A stretch of 64,000 nt of DNA from Macrostomum hystrix (GCA_950097015.1 CATNEN010000011.1:3100001-3164000); one strand, 5' to 3'; numbered from the stretch's first letter, positions 45,981-58,751 are shown. Translations and numbers: made by a program. Notes: generated by a model from the sequence alone, not told the origin.

Positions 45981-48980
45981 GGGTCTATGAATTTTGCTAG
46001 CAGGCAATGTGCTAGCCGAAATGTGCTAGCTGAAATCTGCTAGCCGAAATCTGCTAGCCGAAATCTGCTAGCCGAACTTTGCTAGCAGGAACTCGTGAAC
46101 CCCCATTTCACGAACCGGACCAACTGGCGGACTAAATGCGGACGAAAATCGGATCAACGGCCCCCATATAAATTAAAGTAACGATGGAGCCAATATAGAT
46201 TTTTAAGAACAGTGGAGTAAATAGCGAGAAATGGATCTACTGAATATACTTGGGATCGGAACCTTATAGAGAGAATTAATTTTAGAATCTGCAAGTCGAT
46301 TCTGCAAGTTAGTCCAAACACAGACAGCAATGGTGCTCGGTCCGAATTAGGAAGACTACCACTATTATATAGTATTCAAAAAAGAAGCCTTCAATACTGG
46401 TCCTCAGTTCGGAGCCGACCAGACTCCATCATCGCGAAATTGGTGGCAGATACAGAATACAGCGATGTTGGCATTGGGGAAAAAATGAATAGTGAAGTAA
46501 TGCGGAATTGTCAACAGACTAGAAAAACAAAGTCCATAAAAACGCACAGAGAGAACTTTGAGTCACAGTTTCGAAGCCACTGGACTCAGAGGATGGGAAA
46601 ATCAGCCAAGCTCAGCCACTTCTATTACACGTTTAAGAAAGATTTCTCCCGAGAAAAGTACCTAACAATAATCTCTAACCCAGAACAAAGGCGCACAATG
46701 TCCCGATTTCGTCTAGGAAACCACAAACTGGCCTGTGAGACATTGCGCACTGTAAGACCGAAAATCGCCTATGAAAACAGAACATGCCCAAAATGTAGAG
46801 TCGAGGTAGAGAGCGAAACTCATATTCTCTTTAGATGCGATTGGTCCGTTTATGTTCCAATTAGAAATAAACTCATAGAGAAAGTAGCAGGTACTGTTCG
46901 AAATTTCGAAAGCCTAACAGCTGATGACAAAATTGTGTATTTAATTACACAGAAAAGCACAGAATTAACAGAAAGTTTTGTGGACTTCATAGAAAGCATA
47001 ATTAAAGCTAGATAAAAAGAGACTGCCCTGAGGCCCATAGTAGAATGCAAAAACACAATATAGCTATTCTCCTTTCGGTCAGTTTTAATTTTCTCTTTAA
47101 ATTTCAATATTTCATTTTTTGTTTTAATGCCTTTGTTTATTTCAAAAATTTGTTTTTTTCAAACATTTTATTAACCTAAAATTACGCATGCTACTGTTTT
47201 CCTATCGCCTTCTCTTTAAAAAATCGATTTGTTTAACCTCAAACATAAAATAAACAAAAAAAATCAGCACCCAATCGGCGTGCGCACCTCAATAATAATA
47301 ATAATAATAATAATATATTGTTGCATATGAAGTAATAGTGTGTATTAATGGTTTGTTAAGTACGAAACATGTGAGCAAAAGTATGACCATGTGAGCGGCG
47401 CTCTTGATTTCGCCAACTCGGAGAAAGTGGCTATACTACTTGATTATACTCTAGTGACAACTAACTATTATCAGCTGCGGATAGTTGTAATAAAATTGCA
47501 GGAGCTTTAGTGCACTGCACTGCCCAAGTACTTCAGCTATACGTGTAGCTTAGTCAGGTACAATTACAATTATTTAGCATTACTCCATCTGGACTTCTGA
47601 CCCGCATGCCTTCGGTCCATTGTAAATTACGTTTTACTGTTGCCTAGCCAGTAATTATACTCCGGAAAGCAGCAATGCAGTACCAAAAAACCTATAAATA
47701 AAGCTTTGTAATTTGAATGCGCGAACTGCAGCAAGCCGCACGAATGACTCATGCTCCTAGACTCAAATTGTTTATACATGCAACACAGTTTCTAGCATGT
47801 CTGGACGAATAAATAGGATATTCCCTTTTCGCGTATAAAACACGAGAAATTTTGTATCTTGTCTTGTAAGAAATCGGCGAGTTTCGTGCGAGATTTTCTT
47901 GGCTAGATTTTCGTGCGCTTTTTTATTTGACAAGAAGTTCTCTTCTCAAAGGTAATTCTTTAGCGAACTTCTCGGCTCGCAAGAGAATCTCTTCTTGACG
48001 AGAAAAGAAAAAATCTTTTTAATGACCCAGCCCACTGATCATTAGTAATACGTTATGTAACAGGGCTTATGACTCTACTTTTCTCTCTTGGTAGCGTATT
48101 CTTCTGGCCTCCTTTGTTACTTATTTCTCTCTCTAACTCTTTGTATTCTCCTTTAAATCTTATCTTGGTGACCCTGAAAAGGGCCGTTTTAACTCCACAA
48201 CTCTTATGTTGTGAGCTTCCCTTAAGGTAGCGCTTTTGCACTGGCACGAGCGGTTTATCCTTCTAAGGCACTAGGTCTCTTATTCTCCAGTCTCAGCCTC
48301 AACCTCTGTCTTATCTCCACACTGGACAATATCTTCTTAATATATTGAATGACACAACAATTTCACTTATTCAAAAGGTGCTACTTATAAAAAATATATA
48401 AAAAATATTTATAGTATATGGCATATAAAATATATAGCGCAGAAATATAAAAAATAATTGAGATACGAGGTCTCGTATACTGTATAGCGCAAAAATACTG
48501 AACTGTTACAGTTAGGTGCTTGCATATTCTTTCAGCCAGCTTTGTTGCATAATATTCAGCAACAAATCCCATTGGAGCTATGCCAATAAATTGCACTCAC
48601 CCTTTCTTTGAAGGCTAGTCATAGCTTACTGCTCAACCAGTAGATGCAGATTATAGACTTGAGCAAAGTTAATTTCGCAAGAAAATTTTAATCAAGCTAG
48701 CAAAATCCTCGCTAGCAAAGTTCCTGCTAGCAAACTTCGGCTAGCAAACTTAATCGGCTAGCAAACTTCGGCAAGCAAATTTCAGCTAGCTAAATCCTCG
48801 ATAGCAAAGTTCCTGCTAACAAAGTTCCTGCTAGCAAAGTTCCTGCTAACAAAGATCGGCTAGCAAAGTTCCTGCTAACAAAGATCGGCTAGCAAAGTTC
48901 CTGCTAGCAAAGTTCGGCTAGCAAAAAACAGCAAGCAAATTTCGGCTAGCAGATTTCGGCTAGCAAATCTCGTACTCCCC
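45981..48980. mobile_element. Non-autonomous MULE/foldback-like element, 3.0 kb
   Basis: Flanked by (c/t)aaaatttc 9-bp TSD (45972-45980 / 48981-48989); G-starting imperfect TIRs with inverted subterminal ~11-12-bp repeats (tgctagccgaa) at ~45995-46095 and ~48700-48966; interrupts sequence that is contiguous at 32500-32600 (inverted copy). Confidence 0.75.
46170..47316 (+). mobile_element. 5'-truncated LINE (L2/Crack/Daphne-like ORF2 C-terminus, 3' UTR, (TAA)n tail)
   Basis: SELGRLPL..YW, RFRLGNHKL, RTCPKC..ESETHILFRC..YVPIR; taa repeats at ~47290-47316. Confidence 0.8.
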
Positions 48981-49377
48981 TAAAATTTCATGTCACATGG
49001 ATCATGTATACGGTCACAGCACTTATTTTTTTAATGTCAATGGTATGACGAAAGCCGCAAAGAAGCAGAGAAAGCACATTTTAAATGAGAATATCTGAAA
49101 AAGTACTTGACTAATTAATTTGTGTGTCTAAGGTGTCATTGTATAGCAGGGACATGTGTCAAGCAGTTGTAGCAGTATCTGGTGAAATAATTGACCCATG
49201 CCTTTAGGTGATGTAACACACTAAAACTGGGGAACGAATCTCGCGCTGGCAGACCGAGACCGGTTTCTGGCTTGTTTGCCTTCGTCAGTCAGCCATAGCC
49301 ACACGCAGTCCTCTCCCACCACTCTTAGTGTGCACAGAAGTCTCTTTTAACCTTGCCATTTTCTATGGCGATGCTTT

Positions 49378-49529
49378 TGTAAGATTGTTGGCAACATGTC
49401 TGCACGCGCTATGTACGTTTGCATGCTGTACAATGGTGTACATTAATCGTTAAAATATAAGCGAGTGAGTTGACGCCTTAAGTGGCGAGAAGTTGGTCTA
49501 CGCTACAATCTCGTTTTCGGCGGCTTACA
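49378..49529 (+). repeat. 5' LTR of gypsy element 2
   Basis: Matches 56216-56367. Confidence 0.93.
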
Positions 49530-49545
49530 CTGGTGGCAGCGGTGG

Positions 49546-50390
49546 CTATGAAAAACAGTGAGAGCAGCGCTAGTGCAGAGAGCCCTGCAGTGGCAGTAGC
49601 GCAAGCCAGTTTTGTCAACATGTTTCTGCGACCGCCCCAATACCAGTATGGGCAAGATTTTGAGCTCTGGCTGGCGCGTTTCAACAACTTTGCATCGTCC
49701 TTTCCGGAGGATCAGCGCAAAAATGCTCTACTGTCATTCCTCGACGACAAAGCGTACCAAGCGGCCAGCAATCTGGCAGCTGCCCATTCCTACAGCGATT
49801 TTGAAAAGGCTTTGCTCAGTCGTTTCCGGCCATCTGCATCCTCTGCTGAGCTGCAAGCCCAGTTCTTCAGCCTCACTCAGAAGGACGGGCAGTCGGTTGC
49901 AGAGTACTCCGATGCCCTGGTCATCGCGGTGAAGCGCGCTTTTCCAAGTCTAGAGGAGCCTGCGACTGATGAGCGCAGGATGACGGAAGTGACAGCGAAG
50001 GACGAGCTGCTCAAAGGTCGATTTCTTTCTGGATTGAGAAACCCAGCTGTGCGGATGCAGACGCAGATGCAGCCGAAAGCGACGTTCACTGAGACGGTGG
50101 AAACAGCGAAGTTCGTCGAATCAGTGCAGTCACAAGGAGGCGCCGCCACTGCACTGGCTGCTGAGGCTCCCGAGGCCTTTGCTGTTGGAATTCAGCGGTC
50201 TCTGCAAGAGCTGTCGAACAAGCTCAGCCATCTGGAGTCGAAAGAACAAGATCGTCATGGAAGCGGCGACAGACGTGGAGTCGTGACGTGTTGGAGGTGA
50301 GGTAAGCCGGGCCACGTTCAAAGATTCTGCTCTCAGAATTCGGGAAACTTCAATGGAGCGGCGACCGCCGGGGTGCCGTTCCGCAAGTGA
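49546..50390 (+). pseudogene. gag: gag with a premature TGA (50298-50300) at the second Cys of the CCHC knuckle; G GGA AAC slippery site at 50342-50348
   Basis: ..VTCWR*GKPGHVQRFC; hairpin at 50355-50382 after a 6-nt spacer. Confidence 0.85.
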
Positions 50391-51287
50391 GAATCCCGGC
50401 GCAGCCAGTCCTGGAGGTGTCCTGCTCAGCCACCGGCGCCAACATGCTGGTGCAGTGCCGCATTCTGCCGATGGGTGTCCCTGCCAGCTGTTTGGTTGAC
50501 ACTGGGTGTTCACAGTCGCTGATGTCGAGTTCCCTGTTTCGTAAGCTGAATGAGAAACTTTTGCCGTTGGCGACGCCCGTGTATCTGAAGCTGGCAGACG
50601 GCAACTATTTGGCAGCCTGTGGTTGGCAGGAAGTGCAGCTGAGTTTCGGTGTTGCAACTGTTCGGCAGGAGGTGTTGATCGTCAACAATCTGGCGAAGGA
50701 TTTTTTGTTGGGTGCAGATTTCCTGAGAAGTTGTGGCTGCATCATCGACTGCAATCGTCAAACGCTCAGTGTGTGCTTCAGCAATGCTTCAGAAAATGGA
50801 ATCTTCAGCACAAGGGAGTGGTGCATTCGCCGTTGAAGTGGCGGACCGTACAACTGTACCCGCTGGTCATGAAATCGTGTTTCCTGTGAGACTGGCGACT
50901 GGATCAGCGACTGCTGTTAATGGTGAGTGCGGAATCTTTGAGCCCGACAATTCAAAGGAAATCTCAAATGTCCTGTGTGGAGCGCGCAGCCTTTCCGTAA
51001 TGCGAGGCGGACTCATCGCTGTGCACTATGTCAACACGGATACTAAGCCTCATACTTTTTACCCCGGAACTAAACTGGGGAGTTTCGAGCCGATGGAGAC
51101 GGAGTCGCTAATGCAAGTTGAGTCAGTGAAAGACCAAGAAATTGAGCATGGACCCGATGTTGTAGCGCAAGTGCATATCGATGAGAACAATCTGACAGCC
51201 AATCAAGCCCGGAGTGTCAAGGACATGCTGCATCAGTACCGGGATGTGTTCTCAAAGAGTCCGAACGACCTGGGCTGCACTACACTG

Positions 51288-52036
51288 AGCGTAAGTGGGG
51301 TTGCCTGCCGTGGACACGTTGTCTATGGGCAAAGTTGAGAGAGAAATAAAGAGAAGATAAGGGGAGGGGTATAGTCGATCTTCTAGCAGCCTCGTTCATC
51401 GTTTAGAATTGCGTAGCGAAGTGCACGAAATAAAATCAAGTGGAATGGAATTCGTTCGATGGAGAGTCCTTCTCCACCTCCAGACGTGCCTGTTCTGTTG
51501 CGTGTCTCTGCTCCTCAATCGCGTAAAAGTTATCCATGTCATCCATCTTCCGCTTGGTTCTCTTAGGAGTCGCTTGCGGAGTGCCAACTTGCTTCCTCCA
51601 ACGACGTTCACTTTCGACGCGATGTTGTCCCAACAGGCCTTCTTTTGCTTCTGCATCTCGGCTCGTTGATCCTTTGAATTTATTACGCTAAGATATCGCT
51701 TGACGCATTCCATTAACTCTTCCTTCTCAGCGGACGTAAAATTTGGAGCACGTTTGACTGACGACATCTTGACTGACTCTGCACAGTTAGAATAGGGCCT
51801 CGCTCGTCTGACTTACGAGTGGTCTTGACCACTCTTATATTTAAGAGCGCTTGTAAGATTGGTCATAGACTTACGAGGCGTTCGAGAAACAACTTTCTGC
51901 GTACTTTTACGAAGTCGCAAAGTTGCGATGGATCTTACGCAGAGCGGGCTTGCGAGCCTTTCCAGCAAGCCATAAGTATGCCTTCCCCAACTTACGTCTA
52001 TGTCCAAGCCTAAGTGACTTTCGAGAAACGCCCCCC
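51288..52036 (-). mobile_element. PIF/Harbinger-like fragment carrying a Myb/SANT-like DNA-binding protein gene; one end truncated
   Basis: MSSVKRAPNFTSAEKEELM..KKACWDNIASKVN (51767-51396, frameshifted); terminus tttcgagaaacgcccccc at 52019-52036; interrupts pol. Confidence 0.7.
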
Positions 52037-52080
52037 AGGACCACAAAATCGACACGGAGTCGGCGCAGCCCATCAGAGTA

Positions 52081-53321
52081 CACTCAGCAACATTTAAAAC
52101 GCAACACTCTAACTAGAAGAAAAATCAAATCACCCAGAAGAGTCAAAGCGCATAGTCTATGGTTCAAATCGAGCTTCAGAAACGCGTGTAGCTTCCTCTC
52201 GCAAGTAACAGGGCGATGACTATGGACTGTTTTCAGATAGAGTGATCCAGCTGAGAGAATGGTTCAACAGATGACAGACGCGGAAAGATGGCGAGCAGTC
52301 GGAATGTTGGAAGCAGGTTGTACTCTTCGAACAGTTGCGAACCACTTCGGGAGGTCGCCTTCAACAGTTTTACGTCTGCTACAGAAGAGCAGAGCCACTG
52401 GAAGCGTGGCTCACGCGAGAAAAGGTACGGTGCTTCACCAACTTCGCAGTACAACAGCGAGGGCAGATCGACGCCTGCTGAGAATAGTGCGTGGAAATCC
52501 CACACTGCCTGCCACACTCCTGCGATTGATGTGGGCAGAGAGAAGCCGCAGAGGCAACGTTCTCAGCGCGCAGACGATTCGCCGCAGGATTCACGCTGCA
52601 GGATTGCGGTCAAGAAAAATGCGGAGGAGGTCGCGTTTGAGTCCTGCACATGTCGCTAACAGGGAACTGTGGGCCATGCAGCGGGCGCACTGGCGGCAAG
52701 GACAGTGGCAGCGCGTTATCTTTACAGACGAGAGTCGGTTTCGTCTTTTTCGCAGTGATGGTCGAATTCGCGTCTGGCGTGAGCCACGGCAAGAGCTTCT
52801 GCAGCAGCACGTGCAAAGCTGCGATGGGCAGGGACCCTCCGTACACGTGTGGGCAGGGATTTCAATGCGAGGCAGGACCCAGCTGGTTTTCTTAGACGCA
52901 AACGTGAACGGCGATGAGACGCTCGTTTGCTGCAGACGCATCTGCTCCCTTTTGTTAACAACCACTTTGGTGGCGTCGCAAACTGCAAACTGCATCTTCG
53001 GTGGCCTTCAAGATCCCCTGATATGAACCTAATTGAACATGTCTGGGACTTTATCAAGCGGAGTGTTCAACGGCAGAATCCGCCGCAGACAGTCGCTGAA
53101 CTGCGAAACGCTGTTGCTAACGCGTGGCAGGAAATTCCCCAGGACTTTTTTCGACGCCTTGTTCTGGGAATGCCACGTCGAGTCAACGCCCTGTTACTTG
53201 CGAGAGGAGGCTACACGCGTTTCTGAAGCTCGATTTGAACCATAGACTATGCGCTTTGACTCTTCTGAGTGAGTTGATTTTTCTTCTAGTTAGAGTGTTG
53301 CGTTTTAAATGTTGCTGAGTG
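52081..53321 (+). mobile_element. Tc1-like transposon, 1241 bp, ~141-bp TIRs, TA TSD, defective transposase
   Basis: TA at 52079-52080 and 53322-53323; TIR cactcagcaacatttaaaacgcaacactc; ORF 52260-53226 with HTH, VIFTDESRF and WPSRSPDMNLIEHVW; frameshift near 52920; the QQDNA-type second-Asp segment is missing. Confidence 0.93.
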
Positions 53322-55917
53322 TACCTCCTCGGCGGTTATCGCCTCCGAACTAGCGAGCGGTGTCGGAGATGGTCGAGCAGATGGTGCGAGACGACATCGT
53401 AGAGCCGTCGAGTTCTCCATGGTCGAGCCCAGTCATCCTGGTGAAGAAGAAGGACGGTAGTTTGCGTTTCGTGAACGATTTCAGACTGCTCAACTCTGTG
53501 ACCGTGAAGGACAGTCATCCACTGCCTCACACCAGCGATCTGATCGACGCCTTGGCGGGATCCACGATGTTTTCGACGCTAGATTTCACCAGCGGCTACT
53601 CTCAGGTGATGTTGGACTCGGAGAGTCGTGAAAAAACTGCATTTCCTGCGCCACAGGGATTGTTCCAGTACAAGAGGCTGCCTCAAGGAGTCTGCAACGT
53701 GCCTGCCACATTCTCGAGACTGATGGAACTCGTGCTGAAGGGTCTTCGATGGGAAGTATGTCTATCGTTTCTCGATGACGTAGTCATATTTTCGAAAGGA
53801 TTCGAGGAGCATCTTCGTAGACTTCAGCTTGTGCTGCAGAAATTTAGAACCGCAAATCTGAAGTTAAAGCCGACAAAGTGCCACTTGTGCTATCAAGAAA
53901 TCTCTTTTCTTGGCTTTCGAATCTCCAAGGACGGTGTGACAACTGATCCGGACAAGGTAAAGGCAGTACAGGAGTGGCCAACGCCTGAGGACCGTTCAGA
54001 AGTGCGGCAGTTTCTGGGGCTGTGCGGCTACTATCGTCAGTTCGTCAAAAACTACAGCGAGATTGCTGCGCCATTGTACAAACTAACGCAGAAGGATGTG
54101 GCTTTCAACTGGTCTCCGGAGTGCTCAGCGGCATTCAATCAACTGAAGCAGTGCCTGATATCCAGCCCGGTCCTCATCATGCCGACATTTGCAGAAGACG
54201 CCGAGTTTGTGCTGGACACCGATGCCTCCGGCGTGGCTATCTCAGGAGTTCTGCAGGAGCGCCGTGGTGACAGGACGCAGGTTGTGGCGTACGGCAGTCG
54301 AATCCTGTCAAAGGCAGAACGAAATTACTGCACAACGAGACGAGAGTTGCTGGCAATTGTGCACTTCGTCGGTCACTATCGCAGCTATTTGCTGGGAAAG
54401 AAATTCACCCTGCGCACTGACCACGCATCGCTGATTCATCTGCTGCGTTTCCGAGATCCTGATGGTCAGCTGGCCCGGTGGCTGGACAAACTCAGCGAGT
54501 TCGACTACCAGACTGAGTACCGCAAGGGCGAAAAACATGGTAATGCAGACGCACTGAGTCGGCGACCGTGTCGAAAAGATCCCTGCCTGTGCAGCGGCTC
54601 TGCCCTCTCTGTCGAGTTCAACGATGACAGCGCAATTCGGCGAGCCCAGGCAGCGGATCGGTGCATGCAGCAGCTGGTGAACTATTTGCGAACTGGCGGA
54701 CAACCAGCAAAGGCGGAGACAGATAGCTGGAGCAATCGGCAGCGGCAGCTTCTGTCCGAGTTCCAGCGGCTGACGCTGGTAGACGGTCTGCTGTGCCGCC
54801 GGTGGGAGTCAGATGATGGCAGCGCCCTCTGTCAGCAGCTGTTGGTGCCGGAAAGTCTGCAGCACGATGTCTTCGCCGAAGCTCATGCTGGAACGAGCGG
54901 CAGCCACTGCGGTCCGCAGAAGGCCATTGAAAAGATCAGGGCGCGACTCTACTGGCCTGGAATGACAGCAGACGTGACTGACTGGTGCGCCACGTGCAGC
55001 GAATGCGCGAGACTGAAGGACTCCGGTCAGCACAGGCGGGCGCCTCTGCAGAGCATGGCGGTCGGCAGCGTTGGTCAGCGACTGGAAATGGACTTCATGG
55101 TGGGCTTGCCGAGAACTGAGCGAGGAAATTCAGTTATCCTGGTCGTCATCGACACCTTCAGCAAATGGACCGAGGCCTTCCCACTGCCATCCCAAGACGC
55201 TGAGACTACAGCCCGTACATTTGTCAACGAGTGGGTGGCTCGCTTCGGAGTTCCGCAGTCAGTGCACACGGACCAGGGCCGGAACTGGGAGTCGCAGTTA
55301 TTTAAAGAGACGATGCGGATGTTGCAGATCGACAAAACGCGGACGACAGGCTATCACCCTGAAGGAGACGGCGGCTGCGAACGGATGAACCTGACGCTGG
55401 TGCAGCTGCTGCGAGCCTGGGTGAACGAGAACCAGCGAGACTGGGACCTTCATCTGCAGATTGCACTCATGGGCTACCGCACTTCAGTGCACAAGTCAAC
55501 TGGTCAGACACCCTCGGCGATGCATCTCGGCCGGGAACTGCGGCTGCCGCTGGACTTGGCCTACGGAGGTCTGGCGCCTGACGACCGCCGCCCGTGCGAG
55601 TGGGTGGCCGAACTGCGGACCCGCATGCAGACGTCGCACGAGAGGGCGAGGCAAAGCCTGGAGACAGCGCAGCTACATCAGAAGGTGGAGTACGACAAGC
55701 GGTGCCACGGCGAAGCTTTCAGCGAGGGCGATCTGGTCTGGCTACACAATCCAGCACTCAAGCAAGGTGAGTGCCGCAAATTTCACCGCTGGTGGACTGG
55801 GCCATGGCGTATTAAAAAGAAAATTTCGGAGGTCATCTACCGCATTCAGCTCGTGACCAACGCGAGGAAGAAGCGGGTCGTGCACTTCAATCGCCTGAAG
55901 TCCTGCAAGGCGGCCTG

Positions 55918-56170
55918 TCCAGTCGGCGCTCCAGTCGGCGCCCCAGTCGGCGCCCCGGTCGGTGCCCCAGTCGGCGCCCCAGTCGGCGCCCCGGTTGGCG
56001 CTCCAGTCGGCGCCCCAGTCGGCGCTCCAGTCGGCGCTCCAGTCGGCGCCCAAGCCGGCGCCCCGGTCGGCGCCCAAGCCGGCGCCCCGGTCGGCGCTCC
56101 AGTCGGCGCCCCAGTCGGCGCTCCAGTCGGCGCTCCAGTCGGCGCCCCAGCCGGCGCCCCAGCCGGCGCT
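55918..56170 (+). repeat. 12-bp in-frame tandem repeat (GAPV)n at the end of integrase
   Basis: gtcggcgcccca/gtcggcgctcca units, about 21 copies. Confidence 0.92.
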
Positions 56171-56215
56171 CCTATCGTTGTCGAATTGCGTCGCAGTGAA
56201 AGGACTGCGACGCAT

Positions 56216-56367
56216 TGTAAGATTGTTGGCAACATGTCTGCACGCGCTATGTACGTTTGCATGCTGTACAATGATGTACATTAATCGTTAAAATATAAGC
56301 GAGTGAGTTGACGCCTTAAGTGGCGAGAATTTGGTCTACGCTACAATCTCGTTTTCGGCGGCTTACA
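56216..56367 (+). repeat. 3' LTR of gypsy element 2
   Basis: 152 bp. Confidence 0.93.
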
Positions 56368-58751
56368 CTTTTTTAGTGTTATATGAGAGTTTTGCAGCCA
56401 AGTCTTTGCTTTTCTACTGTTGTCAGTAGTCTGAATTGTAACTCTCACAGGTGAGGCAGAAATAATATCATAAGACGCATCCGAAAAAGCCTTCAGAACA
56501 CTGCACTTTAAAAGTTTCTTCAGTAGCAAATCATTGACGAAACTATTCGTCCCGCACATTTTTAAAGCATAGTTTGGCGTCAGAGTCAGACTTACACTCT
56601 GACTCGAGAGTTCGTGTTTTTGTTTTAATTTACGCTTAAAGTGAAAAATGTCTGTCGTGGAACCCACACCCCATCAATTGCCGATTACAAATTCTTATTA
56701 GGTGAGCCTGCAGTAGTGAGTGGCGAACTAGGTTGTATTTTTAGCATTAAACTCTAACAAAATTTAATTTTATACCAACCATAACTTCTACAAAAAGTTC
56801 AATAAAACATGCACGAGCTGTAAAAATAAATTAAAATAAAAAACACTTCAGAAATTTGAAATTCCATTTTTTTCAAAATCAAAATTTTCGGACCATCTCT
56901 ACCCAGGCCCTTGGCAACTTCAGCCTCCAGCTAGTTTGGCTTTAATGAGAAGGAAATGTTTAATGGGGTAACTTCTAGTGAAACAGTGTTACGTACATTG
57001 GGACTCTGCATCTATTCTGTTTTCTTGGTACTTGAACTTCAGTAACAGTTTGAAAAAAAAATTGTAACAGCTGCTTAAATAGCTAATTGGCAGCTAGACT
57101 AGGCTAGACCACAAGGTCTTGGTAACATTGGTAGCCTGTTGGTTTGCTCTTTGAGCTATAGAACAACATTTTAAACAATTTCCACTGATGATGTAAATAC
57201 CTGCTGCTTGGCACAATCCCAGAGATCTAGGGTAATTTCTTGATGTACAAGCAGCAATGTCCTGCCTCACTAGTGAATTGATTACTATCATTGAGTCCAT
57301 TGGACCGTACTAGAATATCCTTTGCTTTGCTAGAGTGTGGTACAATTCTTAATGGTGACTGGCTATGTAGGAATGAGTTTTCTTGCTAGCACAGCATTTC
57401 CAGTGAAAGGATATGTCAGTTTCCACAAGGATATAATAAGCTGTTTAAGGTTACTCGCATAGTACAAATACAAAGTTTAAATTAAGATATCATATACCAT
57501 ATAGCATATCATTTTTGCAGGTCGCATGAGTGCCATATACGAGTATATTGTCTCTGTATTGTTTTTACTGTGAAGAGTTTTGCGCGTTGATCAGACACAC
57601 GAAACTCCCACTTCTAGACAATGGGGAACAATTGCCTAGGAATTTATAACAGTCACGTGACACTTACTGCAGTTTCTTCTTCTTCCTTGATAGTGAGTAG
57701 TTTGTAGTCTTTGGTCTTCGATAGCCGGCGGTTCTTCTTCTTGTGCTGGTCGACCGTGAAGTATCGGTTCTGTTGCTTCTTGAGTCTTTGTAGTCTTGTC
57801 TTCTTTGTCTTCCTGGTAGCTGCTTGAGTTTGTCTGTTGGCCAATAAATGACGAGAGCGAATCAGATTTCTTGTCGGTTTCCTCGAGCTCGGAATTCACA
57901 ATAGAAACGTGCGCCCGAGTGAACAATTGAAATCTCTCTTGTATATCTCTAATAGGTCCTCCTGGAGGGCGTCTTCTTCGTTACCTCCGAAAGATAACGG
58001 ATAACTCAAATCAAATCAATCAATAATCCTCTAGGAATGTATCCTAGGAAACAAGGAGGCCTTTCTCAAATGTATCGACGATATGCGGCTCTCGTAAACT
58101 TAATTCAATTCAACAAAGATCGCTAGCGATAAATAACTCTGTCTAGTAAAGCGCTTACCACTTGTCTTTCCCTCAGAGATGAGTCCTCTTCTTCGTAAGG
58201 TGTTTTGAAGTCCGGTGGACCGCTCCGAGTCTGAATTTTTAGCTCGGATTTTCGCTTGTATTTATAGTAAAATTTTGGGGAAAACCGGTTCTACTACCGG
58301 GTGTTTACATTGGGCATACATGTTTGCACAGTGAGGTCAGACTTGTTTGATCAGCTGCGTTTTGGGGGTTTTTCAGGTGAACATTACCATATTTGGAATA
58401 TTGTGTAAATACAGGTGCAGAAACCGATGAGTCATGTTTGCTTCAAGCAAATACAGCTGTCGAGAACCAGTTCTCCGATTTCTTGTCACATGACTTGCTT
58501 CAAAAATAGCGCATGACTCATTCCTAAAAATAGTTTAAACATTATAGCTAAGGTTTCCTTGTGACATTACTTTAAGTAGCGCGTTAAGTAAAAACATATT
58601 TTACAACTCTCTACAACTGGTTGTAGTTATTATATAAGCTAAATAAACATGATAAACTTTTTCTAAACGTTATTAAACACAATATGAACTTTTAACCAAA
58701 CACATCATAGCATTAGACTTCTGCTTTGATGTTGTAGAAGCTACTAAGAGG

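Larger units (their letters stand above)
50345..56284 (+). pseudogene. pol: Disrupted pol (protease LVDTGC, RT FLDD, RNase H, integrase) with a frameshift near 50810, a stop near 53351 and two insertions
   Basis: ORF-track pieces 50387-50836, 50733-51338 and 53360-56284; the linker HKIDTESAQPIRV at ~52041-52080 joins PPRRLSP after the Tc1. Confidence 0.9.
49378..56367 (+). mobile_element. Degenerate Ty3/gypsy LTR retrotransposon with two nested DNA transposons
   Basis: 152-bp TGTAAG..CTTACA LTRs (2 differences), TSD CTTT (49374-49377 / 56368-56371), PBS TGGTGGCAGCGGTGG (tRNA-Leu type) at 49531, gag plus PR-RT-RH-IN. Confidence 0.95.

Noticed and set aside
56341-56667. Minus-strand ORF as the N-terminal part of the decayed NOF-like transposase split by gypsy 2
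   Set aside because: Position and orientation fit, but the joined frame breaks right after the TSD and the first catalytic motif is not recognisable.
57549-58309. Possible solo LTR (TG..CA ends, TATA-like signal on the minus strand); 1-470 has a similar ACAGAGACA end
   Set aside because: No TSD and no second copy in the window.
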